Part shown: one piece after another, positions 57,257-64,000 of the stretch
Layout: the number at the start of each line of letters is the position of its first letter
How positions within the stretch are numbered: the stretch's first letter is position 1
Program-made: the position numbers and the translations under genes
The notes under the pieces: generated by a model
Seen by the model: only the letters and a program-made list of their open reading frames with translations
Databases searched by the model: none
What the model was told of the DNA's origin: nothing
Assembly: GCF_009914755.1 (NCBI RefSeq)
Contig: NC_060943.1
Reading direction: 5' to 3' (one strand)
Length of the DNA: 64,000 nucleotides
Source of the DNA: the human T2T-CHM13v2.0 reference genome, Homo sapiens

Positions 57257-58205
57257 GCTACCAGCCCTGCGACCCGCAGGTCATCTGCAACCGCGTGAAC
57301 CACGTGCACGGCTGCCTGGCGGAGCTGCAGGAGCAGGCAGCGCGGCGACGCGCGGAGCTGGAGGCTTCGCGGAGCCTGTGGGCGCTGCTGCAGGAGCTGG
57401 AGGAGGCCGAGAGCTGGGCGCGCGACAAGGAGCGTCTCCTGGAGGCTGCGGGCGGCGGCGGTGCGGCGGGCGCAGCGGGCGCAGCGGGAACAGCGGGCGG
57501 CGCGCATGACCTGTCCAGCACAGCGCGCCTCCTGGCCCAGCACAAGATCCTGCAGGGCGAGCTGGGCGGGCGGCGAGCGTTGCTGCAGCAGGCCCTGCGG
57601 TGTGGCGAGGAGCTGGTTGCGGCCGGCGGTGCCGTCGGCCCGGGAGCAGACACCGTGCACCTGGTAGGCCTGGCGGAGCGCGCGGCGAGCGCCCGGCGCC
57701 GCTGGCAGAGGCTGGAAGAGGCGGCGGCGCGGCGAGAGCGGCGGCTGCAGGAGGCGCGGGCGCTGCACCAGTTCGGCGCTGACCTCGACGGGCTGCTGGA
57801 CTGGCTTCGCGACGCTTACCGCCTGGCAGCCGCCGGTGACTTCGGCCACGACGAAGCTTCCAGCCGCCGCCTGGCGCGCCAGCACCGCGCGCTCACCGGG
57901 GAGGTGGAGGCACATCGCGGGCCCGTGAGCGGCCTGCGGCGCCAGCTGGCGACACTCGGGGGTGCCAGTGGCGCAGGGCCACTGGTGGTGGCGCTGCAGG
58001 TGCGCGTGGTGGAAGCAGAGCAGTTGTTCGCTGAGGTGACCGAAGTGGCGGCGCTGAGGCGCCAGTGGCTGCGGGACGCGCTCGCTGTCTACCGCATGTT
58101 TGGCGAGGTGCACGCGTGTGAGCTGTGGATCGGCGAGAAGGAGCAATGGCTGCTCTCCATGCGTGTGCCGGATTCACTCGACGACGTCGAGGTGGTGCAG
58201 CACCG
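57257..58205 (+). CDS. SPTBN4: SPTBN4 exon 14 (949 nt, several spectrin repeats); intragenic CpG island
   Basis: (G)YQPCDPQVICNRVNHVHGCLAELQEQAARRRAELEASRSLW...VEVVQH(R); cag acceptor, gtgagc donor; very high CpG density. Confidence 0.97.
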
Positions 58206-59460
58206 GTGAGCGCGCACATGTGGGACTCCGGGGTCCCCTTCCTCATGCACCCAGTCTCACCTTCATTGGCTCAACAGTTCCCATGTTTGCTCAGCTGGAA
58301 CTAGGAGTTCCAATCCCTGCTTCACCCATAGCCAGCTTTGTGACAGTTCTGCAACCTGCCTAATCTTCCTGAACCTCAGCTTGCCCACCTGTATAATGGG
58401 GGTGATATTAGTCCCTACCCAGGCTTGTGATGAACGGTAAATGAGTTCATACATGCAGAATATGAAGCAAATGCCTGGGGGTAGAGGAAGCATTCCCCCA
58501 GCATTTGCTCTTGTTACCCAGGCTTACATTCGCCAAGCATGAAATCAACGACCTACGCTTCTACAGGGACACCTCAGCCTGGCCCCTCTGCTGGGAGGCC
58601 TCCCATTGCTTCTGCATAAATATCACCTCCCTAGCTACTAAAATAGCTCTGACTCTTGTGATTTTCCATTGTTTCATCCTGTTTTACATTTCTTTGTAGC
58701 ACTTACCATCCCATGACATATTGTATACTGACTTGTCTGTTGGCTGACTTAGCAATGAGTTGTTCAATTAGTGGGTGAACAATGCCTATTCCCCCTCTGC
58801 ACCACTCTCTCTGAGCATCTTATTCATCCATACATTCATTCAGCAGGTGTTTACTGAGTGCCTATGCCTTTCTAGGTCTTGTGCTGGGCACTGCTGGAAA
58901 CACAGGGCTGCTCCTTGCCCCTACTGTGCCTGCAGTTGCCCAGTTCTTTGAAACATTGATTTAAAGATGGGAGGACCATGTCTAGCTTAAAGTAGACCTC
59001 AGTGGCTGCCATGTGGAGGGCAGGTTGGAGCGGGTAAGAGTTGTGGCTGGGAACCCAGAGAGGCAACTGGGCTGGGGACCCAGATGGAGCGGAACAAGAT
59101 TAGACCAGGGCGGGAGGTAAGTAAACAGGCCATGGAGACTGATGGGCTGGAGCGATTTTCCAAAACAAAGCCCAGGGCTCTGGCCTGGCAGATGACAGTG
59201 CTGTCCCCAACATGGGGGCCCAGAGGAAGAACAAATTTGAGTCAGGTGGGTGTGAATAGCCCCAAGAAGGTATACAGTAGGCTTTGAGGTCGAAGACAGG
59301 TTCAAAAGGTAAGAGGTTGAGGCTGGAGACTGAGGTGTGACTGTCATGAGTTCAGGGGCAAAGACCAAGGCTGTGGGGCTGGGTGGAATCATTGAAGAAG
59401 GGTGTGAAGGAAAACCCAGAGGGCTCAGGGTGGAGTTGCTGCTGAGGAATCTCACATTTA

Positions 59461-59787
<327 letters not shown>

Positions 59788-59961
59788 TTAAATAAGTTAA
59801 ATTAAATTAAATAAAATAAGCAGCAAGTAGAAGAGAAGGAGCCCACAAAGGAGGCTGAAAAGAAGGGTGGATTGAGAATTAGGAGTAGAACCAGTAGAAG
59901 GTATTTCATAAAACCAAGGTCCGCAGGGTTCGGGTGTCTGAGCATCTCCATCCTCCTGCAG

Positions 59962-60099
59962 ATTCGAGAGCCTGGACCAAGAGATGAACAGCCTGATGGG
60001 CCGCGTTCTGGACGTGAACCACACAGTCCAGGAGCTGGTGGAAGGAGGCCACCCCAGTTCAGATGAGGTGCGTTCCTGCCAGGACCACCTCAACAGCAG
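59962..60099 (+). CDS. SPTBN4: SPTBN4 exon 15 (gene continues beyond the window)
   Basis: FESLDQEMNSLMGRVLDVNHTVQELVEGGHPSSDEVRSCQDHLNS(R); cag acceptor, gtagga donor. Confidence 0.96.
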
Positions 60100-60432
60100 G
60101 TAGGAGGGCCTGGGGCTGGGAGTCCCTCCCATCCTTCCCTTCCACACTCACACAGCCATGGACAGCAAGATGTGCAATCTCAAACCCCTGGAATCATAAT
60201 GGCCACCCGATAAATCAACAAAATGTTGACCAAAAATCATAATCCCTGATACTGGTGATGACGTGGTAAAATTAAAACAACATTTCAGTTGGCTGTTCAT
60301 TTATTTGTCCAGAAAGAATGTATTGGATATCTACAATCTGCCAGGAGTATTCCCAAGCACTTTATATACCTTTCTAAAGTATCCCAACATTCTTCCGGGC
60401 ACAGTGGCTCATACTGTAATCCCAGCACTTCA

Positions 60433-61025
<593 letters not shown>

Positions 61026-62652
61026 TCATTGCAGCCTCCAACACCTAGGCTCAAGCGATCCTCCCACCTCTGCCTCCTGAGGAACTGGGACTACAGGTGC
61101 ATATCACCATGCCCAGCTAATTAAAAAAAATTTTTTTTGTAGAGACAGGGTCTCACTGTGTTGGCCATGCTGGTCTTACAACTCCTGGGCTCGGCTGGGC
61201 GTGGTAGCTCACACCTGTAATCCCAGCACTTTGGGAGGCCAAGGCAGGTGGATCACCTGAGGTCAGGAGTTCGAGACCAGCCTGACCAATATGGTGAAAC
61301 CCCATCTCTACTAAAAATACAAAAATTATCCGGGCATGGTGGCATGTGCCTGTAGTCCTAGCTACTCAGGAGGCTGAGGCAGAAGAATTGCTTGAACCCG
61401 GGAGGCAGAGGCTACAGTGAGCCAAGATCACACCACTGCACTCCAGCCTAGGTGACAGAGCAAGAATCTATACCAAAACAGACAAACAAACAAACAAACA
61501 AACAAAAACCTCCTGGCCTCCTCCCACCTTGGCCTTCCAAAGAGCTGGGATTACAGTGTAAGCTACTGCTCCTAGCCCAGAACTCTTTAAGATAAGTAAC
61601 AAACTAATATCAGTACCTCTGGAATACTACCAGCAATTCTCCCAGTGCAGGTGGGGTTCATAGATGAAGATACAAGTCCAAAAAGGTGAACTCCTTATCC
61701 AAGATTACTCAGTCTATAAGTAGGAGTCAAATACAGTTCTGGCTGAATCCTGAGCTGTAGCTGTTTATCTAATATATCCAGTCTTCCTGGTAACACTATG
61801 AGGTGGAAACTACCCCACATTAGAGAGGAGAAAACTGGATCTCAGAGAGGCGAAGATGGAGGCCCAAGGTTACACAGCAAGTTAGGGGATCAAACCGGGC
61901 TTTGAAGATGGATATGTTTGACTTCAAAGACTGTGCTCTTTTTTTTTTTTTCTTTCTTGAGACAGGGTCTTGCTCTTTCGCCCAGACTGGAGTGCAGTGG
62001 TACGATCATGGCTCACTACAGCCTTCACCGCCCCCGACCCGAGCTCAAGAAATCCTCCTGCCTCAGCCTCTTGAGTAGTGGGACTATGGATGCACACCAC
62101 TGCACCCGGCTAATTTTTGTATTTTTTGTACAGATGGGGTCTCACTCTGTTGCCCAGACTGGTCTCGAACTCCTGGGCTCAAGTGATCTTCTGCCTTGGC
62201 CTCCGCAAGTGCTGGAATTACAGGCATGAGCCACTCTGCCCCACCCAAAGACTACGCTCTTGACTCTGTGCTGCAAGATTCCAATATCCAGGGATTTTAA
62301 AACCTCTGTAGCCAAGACCATCGCAAAGCATCCAGGCCTAAAAAAATAACTACAATCATAACGATTTACAGCATGTAGAGAGATCTATATGCCAAGTGCT
62401 TTAGCCACATGATCTCGTTACACACTCAATGAAGTGGACTTTATTATCCCCATTTTCCAGATGAGGAAACTGAAGATCAGAGAAGGAAATGATTTGCCCA
62501 AGGTCACATGGCAAATCTGGCCAGAGCAGAACTTGAACTCGGGTCTGCCTGATTTCAGAGTCCTAATCTCTGTCCTCATGGTGTGTCCATTCTAGAGGGG
62601 GCAGAAAGACAGTTAAATACACTAATAAATGGACAAGATATTTAGAGAATCA

Positions 62653-63870
<1,218 letters not shown>

Positions 63871-64000
63871 GGCTGCCCTAAGCAAAAGTGCTGCGTAGGG
63901 TTCCATTTTACACCGGCAGAAACTGGAGAAACTTTCTGAGGTCACACAGTGGCTGGGTGGCTTGGGCCTGGATTCTACCCTGGGTCGGCGGGCCCTCCGC

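Noticed and set aside
57253-58146. 297-aa antisense ORF over exon 14
   Set aside because: Shadow ORF expected from extreme GC3 codon bias on the sense strand.
60150-60170. REST/RE1-like CCATGGACAGC downstream of exon 15, and a weaker match near 50645
   Set aside because: Only the right half-site matches; the left TCAGCA half is absent.

Overview
Human-like (primate) genomic DNA, extremely Alu-rich, identified from its translated exons as the BLVRB / SPTBN4 head-to-head locus (human chr19q13.2). Minus strand: BLVRB (biliverdin reductase B / flavin reductase) coding exons 1-3; intron 1 has a GC-AG donor and the remaining exons lie off the left edge. Plus strand: SPTBN4 (betaIV-spectrin) non-coding exon 1 and coding exons 2-15, which splice in frame to give 2903 coding nt covering CH1, CH2 and the first spectrin repeats. 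The two genes share a CpG-island promoter region. Nearly all other ORFs in the track are Alu or simple-repeat artefacts. The strongest unexplained structure is in SPTBN4 intron 2: a non-Alu 270-bp inverted repeat (27713-27982 / 28334-28603, 268/270 identical, both differences G-U wobbles in the sense RNA). Its 351-bp spacer carries an old L1 piece flipped relative to its other half, and there is a 10-bp templated duplication at the outer junction. Together these suggest a young micro-inversion with inverted duplication that makes a near-perfect long dsRNA hairpin. Other signals: a 673-nt AG-free zone before SPTBN4 exon 6, a competing stop-introducing 5' splice site after exon 8, a GATA/NF-E2/KLF motif cluster in BLVRB intron 1, a GTGAC-rich spacer between the promoters, and a 130-bp local duplication around exon 13. 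Repeat family names are from recalled consensus sequences, not a search.
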